A stretch of 64,000 nucleotides of DNA from an uncultured bacterium (lineage in GTDB: Bacteria > Zhuqueibacterota > QNDG01 > DTFT01): assembly GCA_963736115.1 (NCBI GenBank), contig CAVTNR010000027.1, positions 32,001 through 96,000 of the forward strand, written 5' to 3'. The notes under the pieces were generated by a model. That model was given only the letters and a program-made list of their open reading frames with translations. It was not told the DNA's origin and did not search any database. Each line of letters opens with the position of its first letter. The first letter of the stretch is position 1. Below, one piece after another: positions 34,685 through 45,148 of this stretch. A program made the position numbers and the translations under genes.

Positions 34685-35233
34685 TCAGATCAGTCCTTCG
34701 ATGGTGGTGACCGTCACGATTCCCGCCGGGGGATCGACCGATCGGATCCATTCCTTCACCATCGGCACCAGGACATCCTCCCCTTCCCGGTCGATCACCA
34801 GAATGTCCTGTCCCGGGGCCTTCAGAACTTCGCGCACCGTTCCGACCGTTTCTCCGGCCTCGGTCACGGCCTTCAATCCGATCAAATCGAAAAGGTAATA
34901 CGAGCCGGCCGGAAGCGACCGGCATTGCGATCGCCGGATCCGAATCCAGCGCCCGGTCACGGATTCGGCCGCGGTCCGGTCGTCGATGCCTTTCAGCTTG
35001 ATCAGGGCAAAGGCGCCGGACATCCGCACGCTCTCGACTGCAAACCATGCCCCCGGTTCCTCGTCCCCATCCGCCAGCCACACCGTCCGGAGCGTCTTGA
35101 ACCGTTCCGGATCGTGGGTTAGCGGGAAAGCCTTGAGTTCGCCCCGAAGGCCGTGTGCGGCGCTGATGCGTCCGACCGAAACGGTCGAAGCATCCCCTTT
35201 TCCATCCGGATCCGGGCCCTGCGACCCGGCTAT
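34685..35233 (-). CDS. rimM: Ribosome maturation factor RimM (start uncertain, possibly ATA at 35233)
   Basis: In-frame [15 protein letters not shown] upstream of the track's GTG; YYLFDLIGL and LVPMVKE motifs; conserved synteny. Confidence 0.9.
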   Translation of the reverse strand: MAGSQGPDPDGKGDASTVSVGRISAAHGLRGELKAFPLTHDPERFKTLRTVWLADGDEEPGAWFAVESVRMSGAFALIKLKGIDDRTAAESVTGRWIRIRRSQCRSLPAGSYYLFDLIGLKAVTEAGETVGTVREVLKAPGQDILVIDREGEDVLVPMVKEWIRSVDPPAGIVTVTTIEGLI

Positions 35234-35460
35234 TCCAGAATTTCCAGAAGCGCCCTTTTGCCGCGTTTGGCCGAGGCCGCCGTCAGGAGGGTCCTTATCG
35301 ATTTCGCAGTCTGACCTTTCCGTCCGATCACCTTTCCAAGGTCTCCGTCTCCGACGCGGAGTTCAAACACCGTGATTTTCTCTCCGTCGACCTCCGTGAC
35401 CATGACGGCTTCCGGGTGGTCGACCAGATGCCTGGCGATGAACTCGACGAACTCCTTCAT
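35230..35460 (-). CDS. khpA: KH-domain RNA-binding protein KhpA
   Basis: [17 protein letters not shown]...[20 protein letters not shown]; GAGGAGG RBS. Confidence 0.95.
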   Translation of the reverse strand: MKEFVEFIARHLVDHPEAVMVTEVDGEKITVFELRVGDGDLGKVIGRKGQTAKSIRTLLTAASAKRGKRALLEILE

Positions 35461-35589
35461 GGCCGCATTCCCTCCTCGTGTCAGGTTCCACTCGATTCCG
35501 ATATCGTCTCCAGAAGAAGGCATTCATTCCGATGACGTCGGTTCAGCGTGAAACGTGCGGACAGGGACCTGCTGGCGGCCGGGGACCGT

Positions 35590-36054
35590 TCAGGCGGCCG
35601 GAGCGGAAGCCTGGGATTCAGCGGGCGCCGCGGCCGGTACGGCCGCTTCGGGTTTCGCTTCGGCTGCTTTCGCCGCCTTCTCCCTGGCTTTCTTGGAAAC
35701 GCGGGTTTTCTCTCCCGCGCGTCTGGAGCGGTCAGCCTGTAAGGCTTCCCACTTCTTCACTTCCTCTTCGATCCCGGCTTCCTCGAATCCGCGTTTTTTC
35801 AGGTTGCGACGCACCAGGATGCCTTTGTGCTTCAGCAGGCTCCGGACGGTGTCCGAGGGAACCGCGCCCATGTCGAGCCAGTAATTCACGCGCGATTCCT
35901 CCACCTTCACTGCGGAGGGGTTCGTGAGCGCTTCATACGTACCGAGACACTCGAGGTAACGCCCATCGCGCGGGGAGCGCGTATCGGTCACCACGATCCG
36001 GTAAAACGGACGCTTCTTGCGGCCGAACCGTGTCAAACGGATTTTGACTGACAA
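35590..36054 (-). CDS. rpsP: 30S ribosomal protein S16 with Ala/Lys/Glu-rich C-terminal extension
   Basis: VKIRLTRFGRKKRPFYRIVV..RSPRDGR; TTG start with AGGAGGT RBS. Confidence 0.97.
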   Translation of the reverse strand: MSVKIRLTRFGRKKRPFYRIVVTDTRSPRDGRYLECLGTYEALTNPSAVKVEESRVNYWLDMGAVPSDTVRSLLKHKGILVRRNLKKRGFEEAGIEEEVKKWEALQADRSRRAGEKTRVSKKAREKAAKAAEAKPEAAVPAAAPAESQASAPAA

Positions 36055-36118
36055 ACAGTACCTCCTGTTGGTGTGAGACTGCCTTTTCTATAATCAGGGT
36101 TCCGGCGTTCCGGATCGC

Positions 36119-37453
36119 TCAGCCGAACGGGATCCTTCCGGGCATTCCGGCGAGTCCCTTTCCCCTGAACTTTCCCATTCGCTTCATCATGGTCTGCATC
36201 GTCTGGAAATCCCGCAGGAGCTGGTTCACGTCCTGCACGCGGGTGCCGCTTCCCGAGGCGATACGCTTGCGCCGACTGCCGTCGATCAAATGCGGCTTCC
36301 GGCGTTCTTCGACGGTCATGGACTGAATGATCGCCTCGATTCGGACCAGGGATTTCTCGTCCGGAGCGGCGTTCACCGGCACGCGGCCTCGCATTCCGGG
36401 CACCAGGTCCATCAGCTGTGACAGGGGCCCCATCTTCCTCACCTGCCGGAGCTGGTCGTAAAAATCCTCCAGCGTAAACCCGCTGCCGACCAGCCTTTTC
36501 GCGAGTTTCTCCGCCTGCTCCCGATCGACATTTTCCTGGGCCCGCTCCACCAGGGAGACGATATCACCCATCCCCAGTATGCGCGAGGCGAGACGGTCGG
36601 GATGGAAAGCCTCGAGGGCGTCGGTTTTCTCTCCCGTGGACAGGAATTTCACGGGCTTTCCGGTGACCGCGCGGATCGACAGCGCGGCACCGCCGCGGCC
36701 GTCGCCGTCCATCTTGGTCAAAACGATGCCGTCGAATCCTGGCTTTTCGGCAAAAGCTTGCGCGGATTTCACGGCATCCTGCCCCGTCATCCCATCCGCG
36801 ACGAACAGGATTTCCGAGGGTTTCACCGCGGCTTTGACGGCCGCGATTTCGTCCATCATGACCGCATCGACGTGCAGACGTCCGGCGGTGTCTACGATGA
36901 CCGTATCGAGACTCCGCTTCCGAGCCTCAGCCACAGCGCCCGCCGCAATGCGGTCCGCTGAAAGGCCGGTGGGTGCGTATACCGGCAGTCCTGCGTCCTC
37001 TCCCAGCCGTTTGAGCTGTTCCGCGGCCGCGGGCCTGTGAATGTCAGCCGCCGCGAGCAGGGCCATCCGGTTACGCTTTGCCAGGTGACGGCCCAGTTTT
37101 GCGCAGAATGTGGTCTTGCCGGATCCCTGCAGGCCGACCACCAGAACCACAGCCGGCAATGGGCCGTCGAGACGCACCGGAACATGCGCAGTTCCGAGCA
37201 AAGCGACCAGTTCGTCATACACGATCTTGACGAGCATCTGGCCGGGCTGAATGCCGGTTGTCACTTCGCGGCCGATTGCTTTGGCCTTGACGGACGCGAT
37301 GAACTCAGCCGCGACCTTGTAATGAACATCCGCTTCGAGCAGAACACGCCTGATCTCACGGCAGGATTCTTCGATGTTCTGCTCCGAGAGCTTGCCGGTG
37401 GCCCTGATTTTTTTCAGGACACCGTCGAATTTACGGACAATATCTTCGAACAT
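36119..37453 (-). CDS. ffh: Signal recognition particle protein
   Basis: GLQGSGKTT, DTAGRLH, TKMDGDGRGGAALS, RILGMGD and SRRKRIASGSG motifs. Confidence 0.97.
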   Translation of the reverse strand: MFEDIVRKFDGVLKKIRATGKLSEQNIEESCREIRRVLLEADVHYKVAAEFIASVKAKAIGREVTTGIQPGQMLVKIVYDELVALLGTAHVPVRLDGPLPAVVLVVGLQGSGKTTFCAKLGRHLAKRNRMALLAAADIHRPAAAEQLKRLGEDAGLPVYAPTGLSADRIAAGAVAEARKRSLDTVIVDTAGRLHVDAVMMDEIAAVKAAVKPSEILFVADGMTGQDAVKSAQAFAEKPGFDGIVLTKMDGDGRGGAALSIRAVTGKPVKFLSTGEKTDALEAFHPDRLASRILGMGDIVSLVERAQENVDREQAEKLAKRLVGSGFTLEDFYDQLRQVRKMGPLSQLMDLVPGMRGRVPVNAAPDEKSLVRIEAIIQSMTVEERRKPHLIDGSRRKRIASGSGTRVQDVNQLLRDFQTMQTMMKRMGKFRGKGLAGMPGRIPFG

Positions 37454-37474
37454 AATTTGCCAATAAAGCTATGA

Positions 37475-37503
37475 AATTTAAGGAAAAAATGCTGGGGATG
37501 CAA
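37475..37503 (-). promoter_or_regulatory. Promoter of the ffh operon
   Basis: TTGCAT-17 nt-TAAATT about 20 nt upstream of the ffh ATG, in an AT-rich gap. Confidence 0.6.
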
Positions 37504-37706
37504 GAAGTTTTATATAATACGGATCAATTGTGGCTAATTACCTAATTTATTTAATATCAACTAATTATCAGTAACCGCATAGGTTCTTCGGACATTTTCC
37601 TCCATCAGCACGACGCTCGTTCCTCTAAGTTTCCGGCGGCGGAAATGTGATACTCTCTATTTTCATATTTCGAACCGGACCGCATCATTTTGCGCTGAAA
37701 TGCGCG

Positions 37707-38852
37707 TCAGACTCGAATACGGACACGCAGTCCGCCCGAAACCTCTTCCTCGGAGACCAGAATGATGTATCCTCCCCCGCTCCCTGAGAAAATCGCGCCC
37801 GGATAACGGGCATACGCCTGGAGTTTTTTCTCCTGCTCCTCCGGGACTGCACGGGGTAAAAGCGACTTCCAAGCCTCCAGGTTCAGTGACAATGACCGAC
37901 CCAACTGGACGACATTCCGGTCGCGGATGCCGGACCAGCAACGTTCCGCGGATTCCGCCAGCATCCGCACGCCTTCCTCGGTAACATTGCGATCCTGAAG
38001 AGGATCGTATTGTTGCGGCCGTGATCCGACGGGAATCAGGCGCAAAACGCTTTCCAGCCATCGGGCGGATTCCGGATCCGTGATCGAGTCGATGCGCGCC
38101 GGCCAATATCCGCCGTCGTATTCGAGACGATTGATGCCGGGAAGCAGCAGGCCGAGATGGTCCTGGGATCCGGACACATACCGGGAACCGGGCGGATTCT
38201 CGGCGCCGAACAGCAGTCTGGCGTTGCGCTCCGGATCGCCGTCTGGAATACGGTCGCCCCAGAGATCGAGCGCCACCTTGCGCGAGCTGGTGCCCATACC
38301 CGAGCGTTCGTGAAAAACGACCGTCGGGAGGATCTGAACGACGATGACCGGTCCGGGATGCAGTTTGGAGACCCAGGGCTGGTCCATCCATCCGCCTGCC
38401 AGGCAGATGCGGTACGGCAGGCGGAGTTCCAGTTTGAGGCCGGAACTCGAACGGGCCGGCAGACCCTTCTCGGGCACGCGGTCGAGGACGATGTACTGCA
38501 CGCCGTTCTCGCGGCACAGGCGTTCCTTTTCCGGCGTGTGCCCGTCCGAATTCACCACGAAGCGGTCCGGTTTCAGACGTTTCAGATCCGGCTCGAAGTC
38601 GAGCAGACCCTTGCCGGATCCCAGGATCGCGTCATGAACGAACCGGATCGATCGGACCAGAAACAGACGTTCGTCCTGCGTGAAAACCGGAGCCTTGCCC
38701 TTCAGGTGAAGGATGTTTTCGTCCGTACCCAGGGAGACCGTCAGGCGGCCGTACTCCGATGCTTCCTTGAAAAAAGCGACATGTCCCGCGTGCAGCAGAT
38801 CGAAGCATCCGCTGACCAGAACCGTCTTTTCACTCGCTCCGTGCCTGTTCAT
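37707..38852 (-). CDS. Fusion of an HxGH nucleotidyltransferase and an L-fucokinase-like GHMP sugar kinase
   Basis: N-terminal VSGCFDLLHAGHV; C-terminal PYRICLAGGWMDQP, SGMGTSS, GSQDHLG and GSGGGY; the ATG overlaps the epimerase stop (ATGA). Confidence 0.8.
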   Translation of the reverse strand: MNRHGASEKTVLVSGCFDLLHAGHVAFFKEASEYGRLTVSLGTDENILHLKGKAPVFTQDERLFLVRSIRFVHDAILGSGKGLLDFEPDLKRLKPDRFVVNSDGHTPEKERLCRENGVQYIVLDRVPEKGLPARSSSGLKLELRLPYRICLAGGWMDQPWVSKLHPGPVIVVQILPTVVFHERSGMGTSSRKVALDLWGDRIPDGDPERNARLLFGAENPPGSRYVSGSQDHLGLLLPGINRLEYDGGYWPARIDSITDPESARWLESVLRLIPVGSRPQQYDPLQDRNVTEEGVRMLAESAERCWSGIRDRNVVQLGRSLSLNLEAWKSLLPRAVPEEQEKKLQAYARYPGAIFSGSGGGYIILVSEEEVSGGLRVRIRV

Positions 38853-39817
38853 TCCCGTCCTTCCGTCATCTGCCGGAAAATCCATGCGTACGTCTTCTCC
38901 AGCCCCTGCTTCAGGGAAATGGACGGTTCCCAGTTCAAATACCGCCGGATCAGCGTATTGTCGCTGTTCCTTCCGCGGACGCCCTTGGGAGCGTCCAGAT
39001 CGTATTTCCGTTCCAGCCGGATTCCGGCGATGTTCTCCACGAGTTCGACCAGCCCGTTGATGGAGACCAATTCGCTGGAACCCAGGTTGATCGGTTCCTC
39101 GATTTCGCTCCCCATGATGTCCATGATCCCCTTCACACCATCGTCGATGTACATGAAGCTGCGGGTTTGGCGCCCGTCGCCCCAGACAGTGATCTCGCGC
39201 CCGCTTCCGCGCTTGGCTTCGATGACCTTTCGGCAGATGGCGGCCGGCGCTTTTTCCCGCCCGCCGGTCCACGTGCCGAAGGGACCGTAGACGTTGTGGA
39301 ACCGGGCCATGCGGGTGACCAGGCCGAAATCCTCCCTGAAATGCCGGCACATCCGTTCGCTGAAGAGTTTTTCCCATCCATAGCCGTCCTCGGCCATCGC
39401 GGGATAGGCGTCGGCTTCACGAAGGCCGGGGTTGTCCGGATCTTTCTGCTTTTCGGCGTTGTACACGCAGGCGGATGAAGCGAAAAAATAACGCGCCACG
39501 CCAAGGTCCCTGGCCGCCATGAGCAAATGGGTGTTGATCAGGACGCTGAGCATGCAGGCCGCCTTATGCGTCTCGATGAACCCCATTCCGCCCATGTCCG
39601 CAGCCAGGTTGTAGACCTCGTCGCAGCCGTTCATCGCGGTGACGCAATTCTCGCGGATCCGCAGGTCCAGAACCCGGTTTTCAGCGTCAGCTGAACGCTG
39701 ATACCATTGGTTTAGCGGCTTGATGTCCACGGCCCGCACGCGGTGATCCTTTTTAAGAGCATTGACCAGATGACCTCCGATGAAGCCTCCGGCCCCAGCC
39801 ACCAGAATGTTTTTCAT
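38849..39817 (-). CDS. GDP-mannose 3',5'-epimerase (GME)-like extended SDR
   Basis: GAGGFIG, NLAADMGGMGFI, ASSACVY, YGWEK and GGREKAPAAICRK, all hallmark motifs of the GME family. Confidence 0.88.
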   Translation of the reverse strand: MKNILVAGAGGFIGGHLVNALKKDHRVRAVDIKPLNQWYQRSADAENRVLDLRIRENCVTAMNGCDEVYNLAADMGGMGFIETHKAACMLSVLINTHLLMAARDLGVARYFFASSACVYNAEKQKDPDNPGLREADAYPAMAEDGYGWEKLFSERMCRHFREDFGLVTRMARFHNVYGPFGTWTGGREKAPAAICRKVIEAKRGSGREITVWGDGRQTRSFMYIDDGVKGIMDIMGSEIEEPINLGSSELVSINGLVELVENIAGIRLERKYDLDAPKGVRGRNSDNTLIRRYLNWEPSISLKQGLEKTYAWIFRQMTEGRE

Positions 39818-39888
39818 GGATACGCTTCCTCTGCTTTATGGAAAGATCAATTATTGCCGATGGAGCGGCCACGGGAGACCGCGTCGGA

Positions 39889-41412
39889 TCAAGGCAAATC
39901 AAGCCTGCTTCCGTAATCCAGACGCGATTTGGCCGTGAACGCGGGAAATGCAGGAACCGCATCAATATAGGGCAGGTCACGGTTCAGCGCGACCAGGTCG
40001 ATGCGGGTCAAACGGATGCTTTCGAGCGCGCCGATGTTGATTCCGATTCTACCGCTGTGGGCCTTGAACAGACTGTCTGTATAGACGCCGAGGAGTCGGT
40101 CCGGATCCCGATCCGCGCCGGCTGCTGAATCGGCGGCCGCTCCCCTGGATTTCAGGATACGGTGACGATGATAAGCGGCCAGCAACGCGTCGCTCCACAT
40201 CATCGTCTCCCACTGAACGGCGGGAAGCCTGTCCATCCCGCGGTCATAGGCCTTCCGATTGACGATCTCATCTCTCAGCAGATCCGCTACAGCCAGCTTG
40301 AACTGCTCGGGGAATTCGCCTGAACGCATCCTTCTTTTCCTGAAGACCAGGGGGTGGGAGGCGGTTAATTTGAGGAAATCGGACACGGTCCAGGTTCTAC
40401 CGTCAAACGTGAAAAAAGGCCGTCCTTCCATCCGGTTCGAGCGGATTTCCGATAGAATCGAGTCCGCTGTCCGGCGCGAAAACGACTCGGCGGGCATGGA
40501 TCCGTCCAGGGAAAACCGATCACCCGCCTTCCGGTCGGGCGTATACAGAGTCCTCATCAGTTCCGTCATTTTCTCGAACGGTTCCCGCTGAAACTCGAGT
40601 TTCCGGCCCTTCATCAGCCCGAAGACATAGTCATCCCAGACAGCCTGTTTTTTCTCTTCCTCCATTTTCCGCCGTACGGACTCCCGGCGTTCCCGGACGT
40701 CCTGATCGGAGACCGCGGGCCGGTCGGACCAGTCGAGAATCCGCATCATGAGATACCCGTCCTCCCCGATGTCGATGGGGCCGATCACCTGATCCTTCCG
40801 GAGCGGCCCTGAAAAAAGAGCGTTGTGGACGGCTGGAAGCTCCGAAGATTTCCAGGAAACGATCCTTTGGGGGGGCGGTCCCAATCCACCGGTTTTCTCA
40901 TGCAGGTCGTTGAAGGATTCCGACCGGGCCGCAATCGCCCCCCAATCCTTCAGCGCTCCGATCTTCTCCCGGCTGACGGTAAAAAAGCTCAAGCGGTATT
41001 CCCGGCCTGCGACGCTGGTGCGGCTTCGGAATTCGGAAACTTCCGGCGTCGTTTTTCCTTTCGTAACCTCATCCAGGAATACCCGCCTCATGAACTGCTC
41101 TTTTCTGCCCCGGATCATGCTCTGAAAAGCCGGACTTTCCGAGAGCGCGTTCCGTTCCCCGGCCTCCAGCGCGTACAGTTTCTCGGCGACGAGTGAATTC
41201 AGGACAATGCTCCGCGCCCGGGGGGAATCCCCCCTGCAATAGGGGGGCCGGACGGTGTATTCGGCCCTGCGTATGAATTCATCCTGAGTGATAATCCGGT
41301 CTCCGATGACCGCGAGAATCCCCTCATTTTTATTCTTTTTTCCGCACTGGAAAGAGATCAGGATGACCAGTGTCAGAAATACGGCGTTTCTGCGAATGGA
41401 CCTCATCACCAC
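39889..41412 (-). CDS. SurA/PrsA-like (foldase-like) lipoprotein
   Basis: Lipobox ISFQC; LAVIGDRIITQDEFIRR; ALFSGPL...VIGPI...GYLMMRI parvulin-like segment. Confidence 0.6.
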   Translation of the reverse strand: MVMRSIRRNAVFLTLVILISFQCGKKNKNEGILAVIGDRIITQDEFIRRAEYTVRPPYCRGDSPRARSIVLNSLVAEKLYALEAGERNALSESPAFQSMIRGRKEQFMRRVFLDEVTKGKTTPEVSEFRSRTSVAGREYRLSFFTVSREKIGALKDWGAIAARSESFNDLHEKTGGLGPPPQRIVSWKSSELPAVHNALFSGPLRKDQVIGPIDIGEDGYLMMRILDWSDRPAVSDQDVRERRESVRRKMEEEKKQAVWDDYVFGLMKGRKLEFQREPFEKMTELMRTLYTPDRKAGDRFSLDGSMPAESFSRRTADSILSEIRSNRMEGRPFFTFDGRTWTVSDFLKLTASHPLVFRKRRMRSGEFPEQFKLAVADLLRDEIVNRKAYDRGMDRLPAVQWETMMWSDALLAAYHRHRILKSRGAAADSAAGADRDPDRLLGVYTDSLFKAHSGRIGINIGALESIRLTRIDLVALNRDLPYIDAVPAFPAFTAKSRLDYGSRLDLP

Positions 41413-41495
41413 CTCAATCGGATGGAACAGACCGCTTTTTTCAGAAGCAATCGCCGGTCAGGTGATCTCACGAGCCGGTTACACTTCCGGACGTT

Positions 41496-43979
41496 CTAAA
41501 TATTTGTAAATTCATATGTCCGGCCGGGCGCTGTTTCAACGTCGTACAGGTACCCTTCCGGCACGCGGCGGAGTTCGATCCGGGCGGCTTTGGAAATAAT
41601 AGGAGGCTTTCCCTCCGGAATCCAGTAAAAGGGATTTGGATTATTCCCTTTGGCGGCTTTCAGCCGCGTACGCCCTTCCCCTTTCAACGGGAATCGCGAA
41701 CGAACCCGGCAGTTTCCGCCGAGCGTGGATCGGATGTTCAAACGGGTGATCATCCCCTCTTTCCACTCCATCGACGCGATTTCAAAACCGCCGCGCGCCC
41801 TGAGTCCGGTCACATTTCCTTCCGGCCACGCGCCGGGCAGGGCCGGAAGCACGTGAATGGCGCCGTCGTCGCTCTGCAGCAGCATCTCCGCGATGCCCGA
41901 TGTGAATCCGAAATTCCCGTCGATCTGGAACGGAGGATGGGCGTCGAAAAGGTTGGGATAGGTTCCGCCTGATTCTGCGAAACCTACTCCGGGCCTCCGG
42001 TCCAGGGGTTTGATCTGTTCTTTGACGAGCCGGTACGCGTGATCGCCGTCCAGGAAGTGGGCCCACATGTTGATTTTCCAGTTCATCGACCAGCCCGTGG
42101 AGGGATCCCCGCGATGCAGCAGCGACGTTCGGCCGGCGTCGAACAGTTCCGGCGTCCGGTACGGCGAAATCTGATTCCCCGGATAAACGCCGTACAGATG
42201 GGAGACATGGCGATGATGGTCGTCGGGATTGTCCCAGTCCTCGAGCCATTCCTGCAGCTGGCCGTGCCGGCCGATCTGCATGGGCGGCAGTCTATGCAGA
42301 GTCGATTCGAGTTCCCTGACAAATGCCGGATCGGTTTTCAGCAGCCGGGCGGAGCGGGCCGTCGCAGTCAGGAGGTCGAAAACAAGCTGGTTGTCGAGTG
42401 TGGCTCCGGCCGTGATCGAATATTGCGGGTGGATGGAGGGGGCGTTCTCCGGGGAAACAGAAGGGCAGACGACCAGCCATTTTTTTGTAGGTTCCTCAAC
42501 GAGAAATCCCAGATAGAACTCAGCCGCTCCCTTCAGGATCGGATAAACCGAGCGCAGATACTCCATGTCCCCGTTGAACAGGTATTTCTGCCAGAGGTGC
42601 TGGCACAGCCAGGCGCCGCCGCTCGGCCACAGCCCCCAGAACGCACCGTCCACCGGGCCGTTGATACGCCACAGATCGGTGTTGTGGTGGAGAACCCATC
42701 CGTCCGCGCCGTACATGCTCTTCGCCGTCTGCCGTCCTGTTTCCGAAAGCTCGCGGACCATCTGAACCAGGGGTTCTGCCATTTCGGGGAGCCCCGTGGT
42801 TTCGGCAGGCCAGTAATTCATCTCCGTGTTGATATTGACCGTGTATTTGCTGTCCCAGGGCGGGAACAGCTGGTCGTTCCAGAGACCCTGCAGCGTGGCG
42901 GGTTGTCCCCCGGGCTGAGAGGAACTGATCAGAAGATAACGGCCGAACTGGAAAACCAAGGCCGCCAGGTGCGGATCGTTCCCGCGGCCGAATTGTTCGA
43001 TGCGGACGTCGGTGGGATTCCGCGCGGAATCCGTCACGCCGAGATTCAATCGGACCCGTCCGTAGAACTTCCGGTATGCCTCGATATGATCGTTGAGAGC
43101 GGCCGCGTAATCCTTTTCCGCGGATCGGATGAGCGGCTCTTCGGCTCTCCGGTGCGGATCGCCGCTGATATCATCGTACCGGATGAAGCTGGAGGCAATG
43201 GAGACGATGATCAGAGCGGCGTCCGCATGACGGACAAAAACCGCCCCTTCGACCGCATCTTTCTCTCCATTTTCAGATAGGACCCGCGCCGCGGCGGCGA
43301 ACCGAACTTTCCCATGGACGGACTCGCAGTCTCCTGTTGTTCCGGACAGAACGATCCGATCTGGATCTTCTGTCGAAACATCAAAATCCGCAGGCCTGTC
43401 CATGGAGACCGCGAAATTCAATTGACCGGGCCGGTCCGCGGTGATTCGGATAAAAATCACCTGATCGGCGAATGAGGCGAAGACCTCCCGATGGAAGGTG
43501 ACCTCCCCTACCCGGTAACGCGTGGTCGCGACCGCCCGTTCCAGATCGAGTTCACGCCTGTAATCCGACGCCCGTTCATGCCCGGGAAAGGAGAGAACCA
43601 GGTCTCCGACGGTCTGATACGGCATGCCGTGAGCGATTTTCGAGACCATTTTCTCGTTGGCCAGCGCCTGCGCGGCGCCGACCTCTCCGCTGAAAATCAG
43701 GCGGCGGACTTCGGGAAGCGCCTGGAGCGCGTCCGGATTGTCGTTCCGGTAGGGTCCCCCCGCCCAGACCGTGCCTTCGTTCAGCTGGATGCGTTCGCGC
43801 CAGGGATTTCCGAAGACCATCGCGCCCAGCCGTCCGTTGCCCACGGGCAGGGCCTCGGTCCAGACACGGGCCGGTTTATCGTACCACAGCATGAACGGTG
43901 CCGTTGTCCGGCTCGGGTCCGCCGAAGCCGCAGCCGACAGTAAAAGAACGATCCCGGTCGCGAAAACCCGCCTTTTCAT
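41496..43979 (-). CDS. GH95 glycoside hydrolase (alpha-L-fucosidase/alpha-L-galactosidase), secreted
   Basis: [53 protein letters not shown] and [11 protein letters not shown] motifs; signal peptide. Confidence 0.95.
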   Translation of the reverse strand: MKRRVFATGIVLLLSAAASADPSRTTAPFMLWYDKPARVWTEALPVGNGRLGAMVFGNPWRERIQLNEGTVWAGGPYRNDNPDALQALPEVRRLIFSGEVGAAQALANEKMVSKIAHGMPYQTVGDLVLSFPGHERASDYRRELDLERAVATTRYRVGEVTFHREVFASFADQVIFIRITADRPGQLNFAVSMDRPADFDVSTEDPDRIVLSGTTGDCESVHGKVRFAAAARVLSENGEKDAVEGAVFVRHADAALIIVSIASSFIRYDDISGDPHRRAEEPLIRSAEKDYAAALNDHIEAYRKFYGRVRLNLGVTDSARNPTDVRIEQFGRGNDPHLAALVFQFGRYLLISSSQPGGQPATLQGLWNDQLFPPWDSKYTVNINTEMNYWPAETTGLPEMAEPLVQMVRELSETGRQTAKSMYGADGWVLHHNTDLWRINGPVDGAFWGLWPSGGAWLCQHLWQKYLFNGDMEYLRSVYPILKGAAEFYLGFLVEEPTKKWLVVCPSVSPENAPSIHPQYSITAGATLDNQLVFDLLTATARSARLLKTDPAFVRELESTLHRLPPMQIGRHGQLQEWLEDWDNPDDHHRHVSHLYGVYPGNQISPYRTPELFDAGRTSLLHRGDPSTGWSMNWKINMWAHFLDGDHAYRLVKEQIKPLDRRPGVGFAESGGTYPNLFDAHPPFQIDGNFGFTSGIAEMLLQSDDGAIHVLPALPGAWPEGNVTGLRARGGFEIASMEWKEGMITRLNIRSTLGGNCRVRSRFPLKGEGRTRLKAAKGNNPNPFYWIPEGKPPIISKAARIELRRVPEGYLYDVETAPGRTYEFTNI

Positions 43980-44043
43980 GATTCACTCCCGTTCGGGGTA
44001 TTCGGATTCGAATACGAAAATACCGCCGGAAACCGGCGTGTTT

Positions 44044-45102
44044 CTACAAAGAAGCGCCGACCGTGAACATGGAATAATCGCCCAGGAGCCCGGTCGACTT
44101 GAGGGCGTAATCGATTTTCAGCGTACGGTTGTTCATGAGGGCCCAGTGGATCCCTCCGCCGTACGTCCAGCCGTATTCGCTGCGGTCCATGAACAGACCC
44201 CGGTATCCGCTCCTCAGACAGAGTGCGACCCTTCCCGGAATACGGATCCGGTATTCGCCCCCGAGGTTCACGGATTCGCTGTTGTTGTTGGCGTGCAGTG
44301 CGTCGACCGCCACGCACAGCTGATGATGAGCCGTTTTGAACGGCAGCATCGAGGCACCGACCCGGAAAATCAGCGGCAACTCCCAGGACTGGAGACGGAA
44401 CTGGCCTTCCACGTCCTTGTAGTTCCCCTCGTCTTCCGAGATATCGACCGGCTGGAGCAGATCCATGCCGTCAAAACGCATTTTGGTGCCGTAATTGGAG
44501 ATGCTCATGCCGATGGCGAGTCCGTTTTCGCGGGTTTCGTCCGGCGAAAAGAAGCCGGTGTTGATGAGGAGCCCCAGATCCAGGGCCGCCGCGTTGGCGC
44601 GCATGTGCCAGATGCCGGAAGTCACGTACTTGAACGTGGCGCCGAACCCGAACCATTGGGCCAGTTTCCGGGCATAGGAGACGCTCGCGGCGATGTCCAT
44701 GGCGGAATAAGTCTCTCCCGTGCCTTCCTGCATTTCCATGGTCGTCACCGGCGTGGTTCCATAACTCATGCCCGTGAATGACAGGGCGAACGTGCCGAAA
44801 GAAGGCAGAACGACGGCCGCGGCGGCATGGGTAAACCGGATGTCCACGATCCACGGCTGATAGGCGAACTGGATCTCGTTCCGATTCATGAAGGAGAGGC
44901 CGGCCGGGTTCCAGTATGCCGAGGAAAGGTCACGGGCGACGCTGACATAGGCCTCTCCCATGGCGGAACCCGCGCTTTCAGCGCCGATTTCCAGGAAATT
45001 GGCGGTCGTCGTTCCCACACGGTAGGGCTTGGACTGTCCCGTCAAGGGAAGGACGCCCAGCAGCACCGTCGCGATGATCGCCGCAGTTTGAAGTGTCTTC
45101 AT
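44044..45102 (-). CDS. PorV/PorQ-family (UPF0164) outer-membrane barrel
   Basis: GTTTANFLEIG...AMGEAYV....SAYWNPAGL; LPLIFRVG; NLGGEY; IDYA. Confidence 0.85.
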   Translation of the reverse strand: MKTLQTAAIIATVLLGVLPLTGQSKPYRVGTTTANFLEIGAESAGSAMGEAYVSVARDLSSAYWNPAGLSFMNRNEIQFAYQPWIVDIRFTHAAAAVVLPSFGTFALSFTGMSYGTTPVTTMEMQEGTGETYSAMDIAASVSYARKLAQWFGFGATFKYVTSGIWHMRANAAALDLGLLINTGFFSPDETRENGLAIGMSISNYGTKMRFDGMDLLQPVDISEDEGNYKDVEGQFRLQSWELPLIFRVGASMLPFKTAHHQLCVAVDALHANNNSESVNLGGEYRIRIPGRVALCLRSGYRGLFMDRSEYGWTYGGGIHWALMNNRTLKIDYALKSTGLLGDYSMFTVGASL

Positions 45103-45148
45103 ATCCGTTCTCCTGTATTGTCGTGACCAGAGGGTTGCGACGGATCCG

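Noticed and set aside
37707-39377. 556-aa version of the nucleotidyltransferase-kinase ORF
   Set aside because: The first 175 aa overlap the epimerase in another frame; the real start is ATG 38852, overlapping the epimerase stop.
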